Source: Promethearchaeota archaeon (GTDB lineage: Archaea; Asgardarchaeota; Heimdallarchaeia; Hodarchaeales; Hodarchaeaceae). Taken from it: a DNA stretch of 64,000 bases. The first letter of the stretch is position 1. Each line of letters begins with the position of its first letter. The notes below the pieces were generated by a model. The model was not told the DNA's origin. It saw only the letters and a list, made by a program, of their open reading frames with translations, and searched no databases. The DNA lies in the NCBI GenBank assembly GCA_048938105.1, contig JBHLMN010000007.1:1-64000 (forward strand), given 5' to 3'. A program made the position numbers and the translations under genes. This document shows positions 29,606 to 40,500 of the stretch, piece by piece.

Positions 29606-30793
29606 TTAGTCCTTAGAACTTCTGTGAAATGTCTCTAGAATTGCTGAGGCTTCCTTAAGGTAATTTATATTTTTCCACAGAAGCTCAGAACGACCTTCCA
29701 ACTCTGCGTGTAAAACCTTTAACTGTAATAAGTCTTTACTTGAGTTGACTCCTGTAGCTCGAATCCACCGTTTCAATGTTTTTGACTCAAAAGATTGGGG
29801 AAAATTTAACCAAGCATTTAGTAGATGATTGAGTTTTTTCTGCTCTTTAGGTGTTATCTTCAAATTCTGACCTACCTCATGCCATGATTCTACGGTGTAA
29901 TCCGACTCTTCTGATAAAAATAATAGTAATCCAAAAAATCGGATCCATATATTATTAGAAGAAATCTCTTTAAATCCATTTAATATCTTCTCAAGATCAT
30001 TAGCTCCTGATTTTTTGAAAGGAAAATTAGGAAACATTACATTTAATATTTCAGATAACCAAATCAATCGTAATCCATTTGTAGGATCAGGAAGCATTAT
30101 AAGTTTAAAGAATTCCTTCTTTAGGGTCGAATAACTACAGAATTTGACATTTTTACCAATTTCTAGGGCTTCAGCTAGCAGATCAGGGTGAGCTTCGAGA
30201 TTAAATTGTGAAAGAAAGCGTGCAAAACGAATGATACGTGTTCCATCCTCCAATAACCGTGTGTGAGCATCTCCTATTATTTGTATCCTCCCTTGCTTGA
30301 TATCTTGGATTCCATTATACTTATCTATAAAAATTTGCTTTTTAGGATCAAAAGCTATAGCATTAAAAGTAAAATCTCTCCGAGCTAAGTCCTCCTCTAA
30401 AGAATCAACGAAAATGACTTCTGGAGAACCTTTAGAAGAATAGATTTCCTTTCGAAAGGTACTCACTTCAAACACCGTTTTTTTTCCGACAATCGCCAAT
30501 ATTGTACCATATTTGCTTCCAATTGGCTTGGTTCTTATCCCCGCATCGCTGAGTAGTTTTTCTACATCTTTAGGATGAGCATTGGTTACAACGTCGAAAT
30601 CTTTGGGAGGAAATCCTAGTAAACAATCACGAACTACTCCCCCCACAATGTACGCTTTATGATTTTTCCATAAAATATCCAAAATAGATTGAAGTTCTGA
30701 AGGAATAGATTTACTAAGGACAGAAGCATATTCGTTTAAACGTACCTCTTCCTTATAATCATTTGACATATTAGAACTGTTAAGAATAATCAT
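29606..30793 (-). CDS. cca: Class II (bacterial/eukaryote-type) CCA tRNA nucleotidyltransferase
   Basis: YIVGGVVRD.LLG..PKDFD (DxD), EDLARRDFT.NA and EDGTRIIRFARF (EDxxR) motifs. Confidence 0.85.
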   Translation of the reverse strand: MIILNSSNMSNDYKEEVRLNEYASVLSKSIPSELQSILDILWKNHKAYIVGGVVRDCLLGFPPKDFDVVTNAHPKDVEKLLSDAGIRTKPIGSKYGTILAIVGKKTVFEVSTFRKEIYSSKGSPEVIFVDSLEEDLARRDFTFNAIAFDPKKQIFIDKYNGIQDIKQGRIQIIGDAHTRLLEDGTRIIRFARFLSQFNLEAHPDLLAEALEIGKNVKFCSYSTLKKEFFKLIMLPDPTNGLRLIWLSEILNVMFPNFPFKKSGANDLEKILNGFKEISSNNIWIRFFGLLLFLSEESDYTVESWHEVGQNLKITPKEQKKLNHLLNAWLNFPQSFESKTLKRWIRATGVNSSKDLLQLKVLHAELEGRSELLWKNINYLKEASAILETFHRSSKD

Positions 30794-30828
30794 ATTAGAA
30801 GGTTGTATACAACAGAAGTTAAATTCAA

Positions 30829-32241
30829 ATGCCTTTAAGTGATATATTTGTCAAAATTATTGTGAGTAATATGTCGTCCCCTGCTAGCCAAGACATCAAG
30901 AAGTATGGCCTCGAATTTATTAATGACCTTGCTAAGGATCGAGAGGTAGCTGTTCAATCTATTGGAGTCGCTTTCAGTGCTATGAAAACAGAACTCAAAC
31001 AGTCGAAGATTATTACACGAAGTACTGAATTTAAATACATCGATGACTTAATGAAGCATTTTAGAGAAGAAGTAAATCGGAATTTTGAGAGCCAGCTCAC
31101 TCGAATTACAATCAAATCCTTTGGTTGGATTAAACGCGTATTAATGCAGGGAGAAAAGATTATAGTAACAGATGAATCACGAGAAGAGGAATTACGGAAA
31201 ATCATTAACGATTTAACCAGACAACTAAAATCTAAATCAGAAGAACTCTCTAGAGTACAACCTAAGATTCAAACACTGGAAGAACAGCTAGAGAATAAAC
31301 AGCAAGAGCTTCAGGAAGCAAAAACTACCCAGCTGAAACAGATTCATGAGCTCCAACAAGAGGTTCTATCTGAGAAAAATCGAGTAGATACTGCGTCTAT
31401 GCAAATTAAAACTATTCAGGAGGAATTATTTGACTACCAACTAGAATTAGAAGAACGCCTCAAACAAACATCTTCCTTGGAAGCTCAAAATACGCAATTA
31501 AACAGTGACTTGATCACTGCTAGGGGGGAGATTGCAAGATTAACAGCTTCTCTTGAACAGGCTCGAAGCACAATTACTGCAACTGATGATGATGTAACTG
31601 CTGCGATGGAACAGTGGGCTGTTTCTTATCAGCAACAAGAAGAATATTTCCAACAGACTCTTGAGGACACAAAAAAACAATATGAAGAAATGATAAACAC
31701 TAAATTAGTTGAAAGTGCTGCTCAACATCAAAAGGAACTGGATAACCTTAACGATAAACTCTTAGAACGAGAATCGCAAGTAAAAGAATATCAAAATCAG
31801 ATTTCTGAACTTAAAATAGATATACAAACACTATCAGAGAAAAGAGATCAATTAGAATTACTTGTGGATGAACTATCTCAAAAACATGATGACACAGAAA
31901 GAGTGGTTAAGGAGCAGAAGCAGCAAATTAAACAAATACAAATAGAACTAGAAGAAAAAGCGAAAGAGTCTGAAGATCATATAATACATCTTCGTGATAT
32001 TCAACTCGCACAAGCCGAGTCTAGAGCAGATTGGTTAGAACAGTGTTTATCATACTCAAATTTTGCTCCTCTCACTATTCTGTTACGGATGGGTAATGAG
32101 ATGCCCCTTGATTCTCTAGCAAAAAGTGTGGGAATGGATCCCATTGTTCTGGATAATCAACTTCAAGTACTCCATAAACGAGATTTAATTGATATTAGAA
32201 GGGATGGAATAATTGTAGTAAATATGCCTACACCTGAATAA
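30829..32241 (+). CDS. Long coiled-coil protein with C-terminal winged helix
   Basis: About 280 aa of E/Q/K/L heptads; C-terminal LDSLAKSVGMDP......L..L.KRDLI.I wHTH pattern; no Walker A motif. Confidence 0.75.
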   Translation: MPLSDIFVKIIVSNMSSPASQDIKKYGLEFINDLAKDREVAVQSIGVAFSAMKTELKQSKIITRSTEFKYIDDLMKHFREEVNRNFESQLTRITIKSFGWIKRVLMQGEKIIVTDESREEELRKIINDLTRQLKSKSEELSRVQPKIQTLEEQLENKQQELQEAKTTQLKQIHELQQEVLSEKNRVDTASMQIKTIQEELFDYQLELEERLKQTSSLEAQNTQLNSDLITARGEIARLTASLEQARSTITATDDDVTAAMEQWAVSYQQQEEYFQQTLEDTKKQYEEMINTKLVESAAQHQKELDNLNDKLLERESQVKEYQNQISELKIDIQTLSEKRDQLELLVDELSQKHDDTERVVKEQKQQIKQIQIELEEKAKESEDHIIHLRDIQLAQAESRADWLEQCLSYSNFAPLTILLRMGNEMPLDSLAKSVGMDPIVLDNQLQVLHKRDLIDIRRDGIIVVNMPTPE

Positions 32242-32274
32242 AGAAAAGAATTAAAAGAGGGAGGATGTTACTGG

Positions 32275-32307
32275 AATCTGCATATCTTTTTCTTTGAGAT
32301 GCAGATT
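32275..32307. terminator. Inverted repeat between convergent genes
   Basis: AATCTGCAT...ATGCAGATT 9-bp stem (12 bp with one mismatch) around a T-rich loop. Confidence 0.45.
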
Positions 32308-32338
32308 TGATAGATTTTCCTTATTTTCCTAAAATAAC

Positions 32339-32890
32339 CTAAATTTCATGATATTTTGGTGAAGAAATGTATATATGTTTATAAAAAGCTGATAATAATT
32401 TCTTCAAGCACATTCTATGTTGTTCAGCCTTATCAATTGAATTAAAAACTCCTAACAGTAAAAGCTTCCGTCCTTCTAAAAATAAGCGATAGTGTTGAGA
32501 GCGTGAATCCTTCACAACAATGAGCTGGAGATCATTTTTGAGCATAATACCTCTATCAGTTATAATCGCAGGTCGGAATATAATTTTTCGACCAAGATAG
32601 ATATTACTCGAGGTCAGTATCAATATTGGTTGTTGATATAACGCATTCAACAACCCAAGTCCTCCAAGAATTATTCCGAAGAAGGAAACAATCAGTAAAC
32701 TTATTGAAGTTATTTCTTCATACAATACTTCCATCCCAAAGGAACTGAGAATAAGGAATAATATAAGACTAAATAAACTTAATATTCCTCCATAAATGAC
32801 TACTCGTTTCCAGTTGGGAGTTTCCTTAGGCAGATCAATAATGGTTTTTTTCTCAATGATATCAGTTACTCGAAAAGCTATTATATTCAC
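32339..32890 (-). CDS. Hypothetical membrane protein (2 TM plus soluble beta domain)
   Basis: Two hydrophobic helices followed by a beta-rich domain; 4-bp overlap with the Nudix gene. Confidence 0.55.
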   Translation of the reverse strand: MNIIAFRVTDIIEKKTIIDLPKETPNWKRVVIYGGILSLFSLILFLILSSFGMEVLYEEITSISLLIVSFFGIILGGLGLLNALYQQPILILTSSNIYLGRKIIFRPAIITDRGIMLKNDLQLIVVKDSRSQHYRLFLEGRKLLLLGVFNSIDKAEQHRMCLKKLLSAFYKHIYISSPKYHEI

Positions 32891-33429
32891 CCATCCTTCT
32901 CAAAGCAATTACAATACAATATATATAATGCTATTAATGTTTTTCCATCTTTAATTACTCCAGTATTTATATAGTGACGCATGTCATTAAATGAAAGGAT
33001 TTCTACCTCTGAAATCTCATCTGATGAGAAAGGTGCCCCTTTTAGAGAGATTCCTGTACCTTTATAGATATATAGCACCTCAGATGAATAACCGATGGCA
33101 GGAACATATTTTAGAAGGAGTTCGAGATTCTTAACAGTATGTCCTGTCTCTTCTTCAAATTCTCGTCGAATACACGCTTCTGGATCTTCACCAGGATCAA
33201 TCTTTCCAGCAGGAATTTCAAGAGTTTCTTCTTGGATTGAATAGCGATATTGTTTGACAAATAGTACCTGCCCATCTTCCAGAATAGGCACTAAAGCTGC
33301 TGCATCAGGATGTTCAACACGAATACGCTCTGTCACTCTTCCTGAGGGAAGTTCAACCTCATCAAGATTCACAGAGAACGAACGAGCTCGGATTGTCTCA
33401 ACTGTTCTCAATTTTTGTTCTTTTCCCAT
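32887..33429 (-). CDS. Nudix hydrolase, ADP-ribose pyrophosphatase (NudF)-like
   Basis: QYRY, LEIPAG, Nudix box GKIDPGEDPEACIRREFEEETG and I.DGKT. Confidence 0.9.
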   Translation of the reverse strand: MGKEQKLRTVETIRARSFSVNLDEVELPSGRVTERIRVEHPDAAALVPILEDGQVLFVKQYRYSIQEETLEIPAGKIDPGEDPEACIRREFEEETGHTVKNLELLLKYVPAIGYSSEVLYIYKGTGISLKGAPFSSDEISEVEILSFNDMRHYINTGVIKDGKTLIALYILYCNCFEKDG

Positions 33430-33587
33430 AGTTTATCACTAAAATGATTTTATCAAACATTTCCTACTAATTTTTTCCTTCCAGCAGGAGTATTAAATCT
33501 TAGTTCAGAGAACGAATAAACAATATCTTTGTTATTCTCATTTAGGCAAAAGTAAAGAGTTGTTTAAGTAAGAATTCTCTCTTTATT

Positions 33588-35099
33588 TCAGTATTGTTTT
33601 CCTACATAGACATAGATTGACGCTTTTTTTCCACAGATGAAGCATTTTTCCCCTTTCCTAGGAGTTATGTTTTTATCAATCTCACGCATGTCTCTTCCTC
33701 TGACTGTAGCTGCTAATTGATCTTTAATTTCCATGGCACACTCTTCCCCATCAAGGTCAAGTGAACACCATGGGATTTTACACATTTTTTTGTTGTTGAC
33801 TTTTTCTTTTAATTCATCCATTGTATTTGCTTCTGTAATACTTTCATTAAAATGTTTTTGGGCATTAATGCGAATATTCTCTGTTAAAGCAGCTCCAAAT
33901 TCTGGGATTTTATTCACAAGATCATCAAACGGAATTGTTACTTTTTCTCTAGTATCACGTCTGAAAATAGTGATTTTCTTTTCTTTCACTTCCTTATTAC
34001 CGATTTCAAGTCGCAATGGTACTCCTTTCATTTCCCAAAAATAATATTTATCTCCAGGTCTACTGTCGCTTAAATCTATCTTTACACGATAACCTTTATC
34101 AATAAGGATATTCTCAATTTCAATACAATATTCTTCTATATGTTTGATATCCTTTTTCTTAGGAATGGGGATGATCACCACTTGTTTTGGAGCTACATCA
34201 AAGGGGAAAATCAACCCATTGTTATCTCCATGAACAGCTATCATTCCTCCAAATATTCGTGATATTGCTGGGCCATAACAGGTTTGATATGCTATTTTTT
34301 CATCACCATTCTGATCTGTATAAGTAATGCCGAATGCTTCCGCAAAATTGGAACCTAAAAGGTGGGTGGATGGTAGTTGCAAAAACCTTCCATCAGGCAT
34401 CAAGGTATCAGCAGCAAACGTGTGAACAGCGCCAGCAAATTTATCCCATTCTGGACGTTGGAAATAAATAATTGGAATTCCAAAAATATCAGTCATTACA
34501 TTATACGCAATTTGCATATCTTCTCTGGTCTGAGCTATAGCCTCCTCCATTGTCTGAAAAACGTTATGAGATTCAATCCAGATGAATTCACGACCTCTTA
34601 AGAATGGACGTGTCGATTTTCCTTCGTATCTAAAGACACTCCCACTTTGATAAAGTTTTAATGGTAGATCTCGCCAACTTCTAACCCATAAGGAGTATAA
34701 TGGATACATTGCAGTTTCAGAGGTTGGTCGAAGAGCTAACCTTTCTTCTAGAACTTCATTGCCCGCTCTTTCGATCCAGAATACTTCAGGGGTGAATCCT
34801 TCCACATGATCCTTTTCTACTTGAAAATTTGATTCTGGAATTACCATTGGGAATATTACTGGTTCATGACCAAATTTATCCAATTCATTTTCATAATAAT
34901 CAAACATCTTTTTCATTGCTATTGTTGCATATGCCCTATAAACAACAAAGCCTTTCACATTATAACGCATATCTGCGAGCTCAGCTCGCTTTACAATTTC
35001 AGTAAACCACTCAGAAAAGTTTTTCTCTTTGTCAATATTGAAAGTTTCTATTTCGGAAATAGATAACGCGTTTTCATTCATTGATTCATTATCGGACAT
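33588..35099 (-). CDS. proS: Proline--tRNA ligase (archaeal/eukaryote type)
   Basis: FSEWF.E, HVEGF.PE, LRPTSET, FRYE.K.TRPFLR.REF.W.E, KFAGA, anticodon-binding domain and Zn-binding C-terminus ending in Y. Confidence 0.97.
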   Translation of the reverse strand: MSDNESMNENALSISEIETFNIDKEKNFSEWFTEIVKRAELADMRYNVKGFVVYRAYATIAMKKMFDYYENELDKFGHEPVIFPMVIPESNFQVEKDHVEGFTPEVFWIERAGNEVLEERLALRPTSETAMYPLYSLWVRSWRDLPLKLYQSGSVFRYEGKSTRPFLRGREFIWIESHNVFQTMEEAIAQTREDMQIAYNVMTDIFGIPIIYFQRPEWDKFAGAVHTFAADTLMPDGRFLQLPSTHLLGSNFAEAFGITYTDQNGDEKIAYQTCYGPAISRIFGGMIAVHGDNNGLIFPFDVAPKQVVIIPIPKKKDIKHIEEYCIEIENILIDKGYRVKIDLSDSRPGDKYYFWEMKGVPLRLEIGNKEVKEKKITIFRRDTREKVTIPFDDLVNKIPEFGAALTENIRINAQKHFNESITEANTMDELKEKVNNKKMCKIPWCSLDLDGEECAMEIKDQLAATVRGRDMREIDKNITPRKGEKCFICGKKASIYVYVGKQY

Positions 35100-35343
35100 G
35101 ATTCATCGACCTGTGTGTCTATTATAAGTTTTTGGGAATATATCTCCCCTACTAAGAAATCTAAAGTTGATTAAAAAGCTTTTTGGAAGAGTTTGGGATG
35201 TACTTTGACAAAAATAAGGAGTTAAACGAGCATTTATACTGTTAAATGTAAGGAAAGCGATCCATCCTATAATTACTCTCCAATCTACCCCTTTTCAATT
35301 CATCTTTTAAGCTTCTCAGTATATCTCAATATATCGATTTACA

Positions 35344-36486
35344 ATGCCCCTTCGTCAATCTCTTTCAGGTATTCGTATTCTGGACTTAACCAGTAATCTT
35401 CCAGGGCCTTTAGCAAGTCAAATATTGGGTGATTTCGGAGCTGATGTTATTAAAGTAGAATCACTCAAAGGAGACAATGTAAGGCATGTTCCACCTTTTA
35501 TTGAAACAGAATCTGTTTTATTTCTTTTACTTAATAGGAATAAGCGATCTATTGCCATAGATCTTAAAACTGGTGAAGGAATAAAACTTTTTTATGAATT
35601 AGTTAAGACCTGCGATGTTGTACTAGAAGGATTTCGTCCTGGAACAACTAAACGAATGAAGATTGATTTTAATACACTTAAAAAACACAAACAAGATATA
35701 ATTTATTGTTCATTGATTGGTTATGACTTAGAAGATATGAGGTCTGGACATGATTTGAATTATGTGGGGGAAACTGGTATCCTCGATCTAACTGGGCCTA
35801 AAGATATTCCAACTCCAATAGGAGTTCCAATAGCTGATATCGGAGGGGGTAGTCTACCAGCTGTAATTTCCATCCTTGCGGCCTTATTAAACCGAAAAGA
35901 AGTACCTCAATTTCTTTGTGTTAAGATGACGGAGCAGTTAATCCCATGGTTGAGTGTTGCTGCATCTACTTACTTAGCAGGATTAGGTGAACCGCAACGA
36001 GAAGAACATGTATTATCAGGGTACAATCCATTCTATCGACTTTATCGAACAAAAGATAATCGATATGTGTCATTCGCACCAATAGAGTCTAAATTTTGGC
36101 ATAATTTTTGTAAAGCCATTGACCGAGAGGATCTTATCGGAAAGCAATTTGATTTCGACACTTGTAATATTGAACTACCTGAAATTTTTATTCAGAAAAC
36201 TCAATTGGAATGGACACACTGGTTCACAAATAATGATGTCCCAGGGGCTCCTGTTTTGTCAGTGGGAGAGGCATTAAGCGTAAAATCACGACTTCAAGAA
36301 CTCTATCACTCTATAGCAGGTAAAGTGTCTCTATTTGCTTCACCATTCTTAGATTATAATAATAAGGTGGATTTTCGTCCCCCACCTCTTCTAGGACAAC
36401 ATACGAGAAAAATTCTAGAAGAACTTGGATTTTCAGATGAAATCAACCAATTAAAACAGAAAGGAATAATTCTCACTTCAGGATGA
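35344..36486 (+). CDS. CaiB/BaiF family III CoA-transferase (alpha-methylacyl-CoA racemase-like)
   Basis: LPGP, LGDFGADVIKVE, NRNKRS, EGFRPG, GHDLNY, ADIGGG and PP.LGQHT. Confidence 0.9.
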   Translation: MPLRQSLSGIRILDLTSNLPGPLASQILGDFGADVIKVESLKGDNVRHVPPFIETESVLFLLLNRNKRSIAIDLKTGEGIKLFYELVKTCDVVLEGFRPGTTKRMKIDFNTLKKHKQDIIYCSLIGYDLEDMRSGHDLNYVGETGILDLTGPKDIPTPIGVPIADIGGGSLPAVISILAALLNRKEVPQFLCVKMTEQLIPWLSVAASTYLAGLGEPQREEHVLSGYNPFYRLYRTKDNRYVSFAPIESKFWHNFCKAIDREDLIGKQFDFDTCNIELPEIFIQKTQLEWTHWFTNNDVPGAPVLSVGEALSVKSRLQELYHSIAGKVSLFASPFLDYNNKVDFRPPPLLGQHTRKILEELGFSDEINQLKQKGIILTSG

Positions 36487-36513
36487 TTATACAAGACTTA
36501 GTATTCTTGTAGA

Positions 36514-37431
36514 TCATTTATGATCAATCCCAGAATCTAAATACCCATCTTTTGAAATCAAAGCGTAAGCCATTCGTATTGTGTTAAAGTGATACCCTAT
36601 CCTACCTTTTTTATCGATCAAGATGATACCACCAAAACCTCCAATTCCAGCGATTTTGTCAATAACGATTTTAGCAGCCATTTGTGGAGTATACCCTTTT
36701 TCAATAAGATCTGTGGCTAGTTTTGCTGCATTTAGCTTCATAAACGATTCACCATGACCTGTAGATGAAGCTGCTGCAACTTTGTTAGCATAACCACCAC
36801 TACCAATGATTGAACTATCTCCTAATCGTCCTATCATTTTAAATGGAGACCCTCCTGTTGATGTTGCTGAAGCTAGACTTCCGTTCATGTCTACTGCAAC
36901 TGCCCCCACTGTACCTTTTGCATTTGGAGAAAAAATATCATCTCCGATATTCCCTTTTTCCCATCGTTTCTGCTCACGGGGAATAATCAACTCCTCTGGA
37001 TCACAACTCAATCCAACTTTTTCCGCAAATTTATCAGCGCCTCGACCAACTAACATCATTGGTGAATTCACTTGATCCAATAACTTTCGTGCAAGAATAA
37101 TAGGATTACAACAGTTAGAGACCGCACCGATTGCTCCAGCATTAAGTGTACTGCCGTCCATTATTAAAGCATCCAGTTCTACATATCCTTCCTCATTTAA
37201 AAACGAACCTATCCCTGCATCAAAGGTAGGATCTTCTTCCATACAAATTACTGCCTTCTCAACGGCCTCAAGAGCACTTCCATGTTCAACCAGAACTTTA
37301 TACCCAGTTTTAACTGCATTAATAACGCCATCCAGATGTTCTGCCTTTAAATCTTCTGGAATACTCCAAGCACCTCCATGAACTATGATTGATGGTCTAT
37401 TTACTCCTTGTAAAGTATTTCTAGGGTTCAT
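36514..37431 (-). CDS. iaaA: Isoaspartyl peptidase / L-asparaginase (Ntn hydrolase)
   Basis: IIVHGGA, E.DA.IMDG, GTVGAVA (nucleophile Thr), ATSTGG, GRLGDS and STGHGE. Confidence 0.9.
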   Translation of the reverse strand: MNPRNTLQGVNRPSIIVHGGAWSIPEDLKAEHLDGVINAVKTGYKVLVEHGSALEAVEKAVICMEEDPTFDAGIGSFLNEEGYVELDALIMDGSTLNAGAIGAVSNCCNPIILARKLLDQVNSPMMLVGRGADKFAEKVGLSCDPEELIIPREQKRWEKGNIGDDIFSPNAKGTVGAVAVDMNGSLASATSTGGSPFKMIGRLGDSSIIGSGGYANKVAAASSTGHGESFMKLNAAKLATDLIEKGYTPQMAAKIVIDKIAGIGGFGGIILIDKKGRIGYHFNTIRMAYALISKDGYLDSGIDHK

Positions 37432-37560
37432 TTGACTTCTATCAGCAATTATCTTTCGTTTTTTTGTAGATGTTGCTATATAAAAACAAACAGTAGAAAC
37501 TAAATTTATTACTAAAACCCTAGGTTCATCTTCTACAAGACTTGTTCTATTATCAGTACT

Positions 37561-40500
37561 TTATTTTTTGTCATTCGAGGTCTTGATGAGGGGATTACTT
37601 TCTTTCACAGTGATTTCATCTTTATCGGTTGATGTACCACTCGATCGTGAAGATTCACTCACTGGGAGTGGTTTCAGCTTAAGTGGAGTTTTATCTTCTT
37701 TTATACTTTCATCTTTGATCAAGGAGGTTTTACCTGAAAATAAGTGACTTTGGTTACTAAATTTACCAAGCTGATATATTATGAATAATAGGAAAAATCC
37801 TACTTCAAAACCTGTAACAATTAAAAATGCCACTGGATCAAGAGAAAAGCTTTGTGAAGAAGGGAAAAATGGTAATGGCTCTTCTGGTGGTTGAGTTGGT
37901 TGTGGTTGAGTTGCCATAAATAGTATCGCTTGTATTAAGATATGAGTCAAAAGTAAGAGAATAAATCCAAACTGCCCTTTCGAAGCTGCTCTTTTTGTCC
38001 AAACCAGCTTGTCTTTGATAGAAAGGTCTGGGTTTGATCCTTGAAGAATTAAAAATGCCCAGATTCTCTGAAAAATTAGTAAATGGAGTAACATTATTAG
38101 TACTAAGGATGCTATAAGGAAAATATCAGTAGCTGTTACAGTATAGAAAAAACTTTCAAATAATAACGATTGTACGATAATATTAAACAATATCATAACA
38201 ATAATATTTAGAATATAACAGACTAGAATGCTAATTACTCCTATTATAAAACCTATTATTATATTTTTGATTAAATTATCAGGTAGAACATTATGTGAGA
38301 AGTAATACGAGATAGGCCCAATAGAAGCAAGACCTACAAATAACAACAAGGGATTTATAAAGAAGAACATAATCTGGTAATCTTCATAATAATCAAGAAA
38401 ATTATCATCACTTGGAACTAATAAAATGAGCCGCCAGATGATATCAGAAGGCATTAAACCCCGAACAATAACCTGAGCATCTAGAATGTAATTCAGAGTC
38501 ACAATAGCAAGCAGAATTAGGAATACTGTTTGGATTTGGAGCTTTTTATCTTTCAGAAAAGACCACATAGAGGTTGAATCTGAAAATGCTGAGAGATCGA
38601 TTCCTAATTGAGAAGAATAGAATTGTATTTCTTGAATATCTTTTTTTGAAGGGAAAACAGAAGGACGGTAGAAAACTGGCTTCACTGGTTTTTCAACATA
38701 AGAACGAACCATTGGTCTTCCTGAAATCGTTGAAATGATATTTTTCTGACTTGATCTGTAAGAAGGGAGTATTGTGCTTGCCAAGGTGATCATAAAAGAA
38801 ATAATGACCCACAGCAAAACACGATCCAGTTGAAACTGGATTTCAATGGGTATACTGAGAGAGATATACCAAGCAAGAAGAATATATCCCAGTAATCCAT
38901 CAATCAAGCCGATAAAAAGTGCTGAGAAACCTAAAGCAGTAGATTCAGACATGAATATACCAAAAATATTTAGTTTATGTAAGCCTAAACTACGCATAAT
39001 CCCCATTTCTCTCTCCATTCGTAATGTGGAAATGAGAATGCAAATAAATTGAGCCATCGCAGCTAGAATAAATGATTCAACAAAAAGAACTTGAAAGATT
39101 GCAGTTTGAAAAACAAGACTTTCTTCTATCAATTCCCTAAAGAATGTAACTCCTATTACTTCCTTAAACTGAACGTAACTAGCTTCTAAGTTTAGTTGAA
39201 CGGATGCAACATCACCATTAACATCACAGACAAACCATTTTGCGAGGTTCGATTTAAAAAACTCTTGAAAACGTTCAGACGTGATGTACAGGTATTCTCC
39301 ATCGTTTAAAAAGACATTTCCTTGTATTATTGCACTAAGAGTTACATTAACTGTAGTAGTGCTATTAATAGCAATTGGGACATTTGAACCCAGCGGAATC
39401 TTAGGACGGATACGTTGGTAGAGACGATGTGAAATCAACCCATTTGTTACATTTATAGTTGTTAGGGCTCCAGATGTTATATTTAAAGTTGTTTGTGTCG
39501 TCTCATTCAAAAAAACATATGATGATTCTTCATCAATTGCATCCAAAACAGGTTCAGCAAAATGGGAATATCTGATAGGGTCAACACCGAATACATATCC
39601 ATTCTCGCCTCCAATTTCTGTTCTCGCTTCTTGAATAAACGAGGATAGTCTAATATCGCGTCGGCGATCGAGTTGTTGAGTAAAGCTTGTTGAAAGGAGA
39701 CTATTATCTCTAGTTTCAGCAACTAGGTCTATACTACCCCATTGACTCTCAAAATAAGCGGGAACGCTGGCTATCACAGCTGCTGATGTCAAACCTGTCA
39801 CAATTATGAATGCAAGAGCTAAAGCTGAAGTTAAAATTGTAAAAAGAGATTTTTGGAATTCTCGCTCAATATTACGCATAGAAATAGTTCGAGTAATAAT
39901 ACCGAAGTAGACTAGCATTCTCATACCGATTTTAGGTAGAAACACAAGAATTCCAATTTCTAGAAATAAAGTCCCAATGAAAATCAAAATGACAACAAAA
40001 AAGTGAACTGAAAGCACTGAAAAATCTAAAAAGCGAGATGGACCGACAAAGAATTGTAATGTAAATCCCGTAATGGAAAGAAGAAAACCCAAAGCAATAC
40101 TATATTTCCAATTGCCAGTGATTTTTGTTGATTTAGCTGTTCGCATTCGAGAATGAATATTTTGTACAACAGGAACGTTCAGCGCTAAGAAAAGGGGATA
40201 AAGGCCAGAGATGAGTGAAACAACAATACCAGAGAGAAACGTGGCAATAATTGAAGAAGATTGAATAGAAATTTTCTGGATCTCCAGACCAATGTAAAAA
40301 GAGTCGATCAGAGAAACAAGTAAGGTAGAAAAACTAATACCTGCAAAAACTCCTAAAATACTCCCTATTATGGAATAGATTAGGATTTCTAAAGCAATGA
40401 CTACTATAAGTTGACCTGTATTTATTCCTACGGCACGTAGAGTTCCAAGTTCTTTAGATCGATCATTAATTGCTATTGCTAAGACATTTGTAATAAAAAG

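Noticed and set aside
30829-32241. SMC/Rad50 annotation for the coiled-coil protein
   Set aside because: No Walker A/B, signature motif, hinge or zinc hook.
37441-37456. AGCAATTATCTTT shared with the spacer near 1691
   Set aside because: A 13-nt AT-rich match is expected by chance in DNA of this composition.
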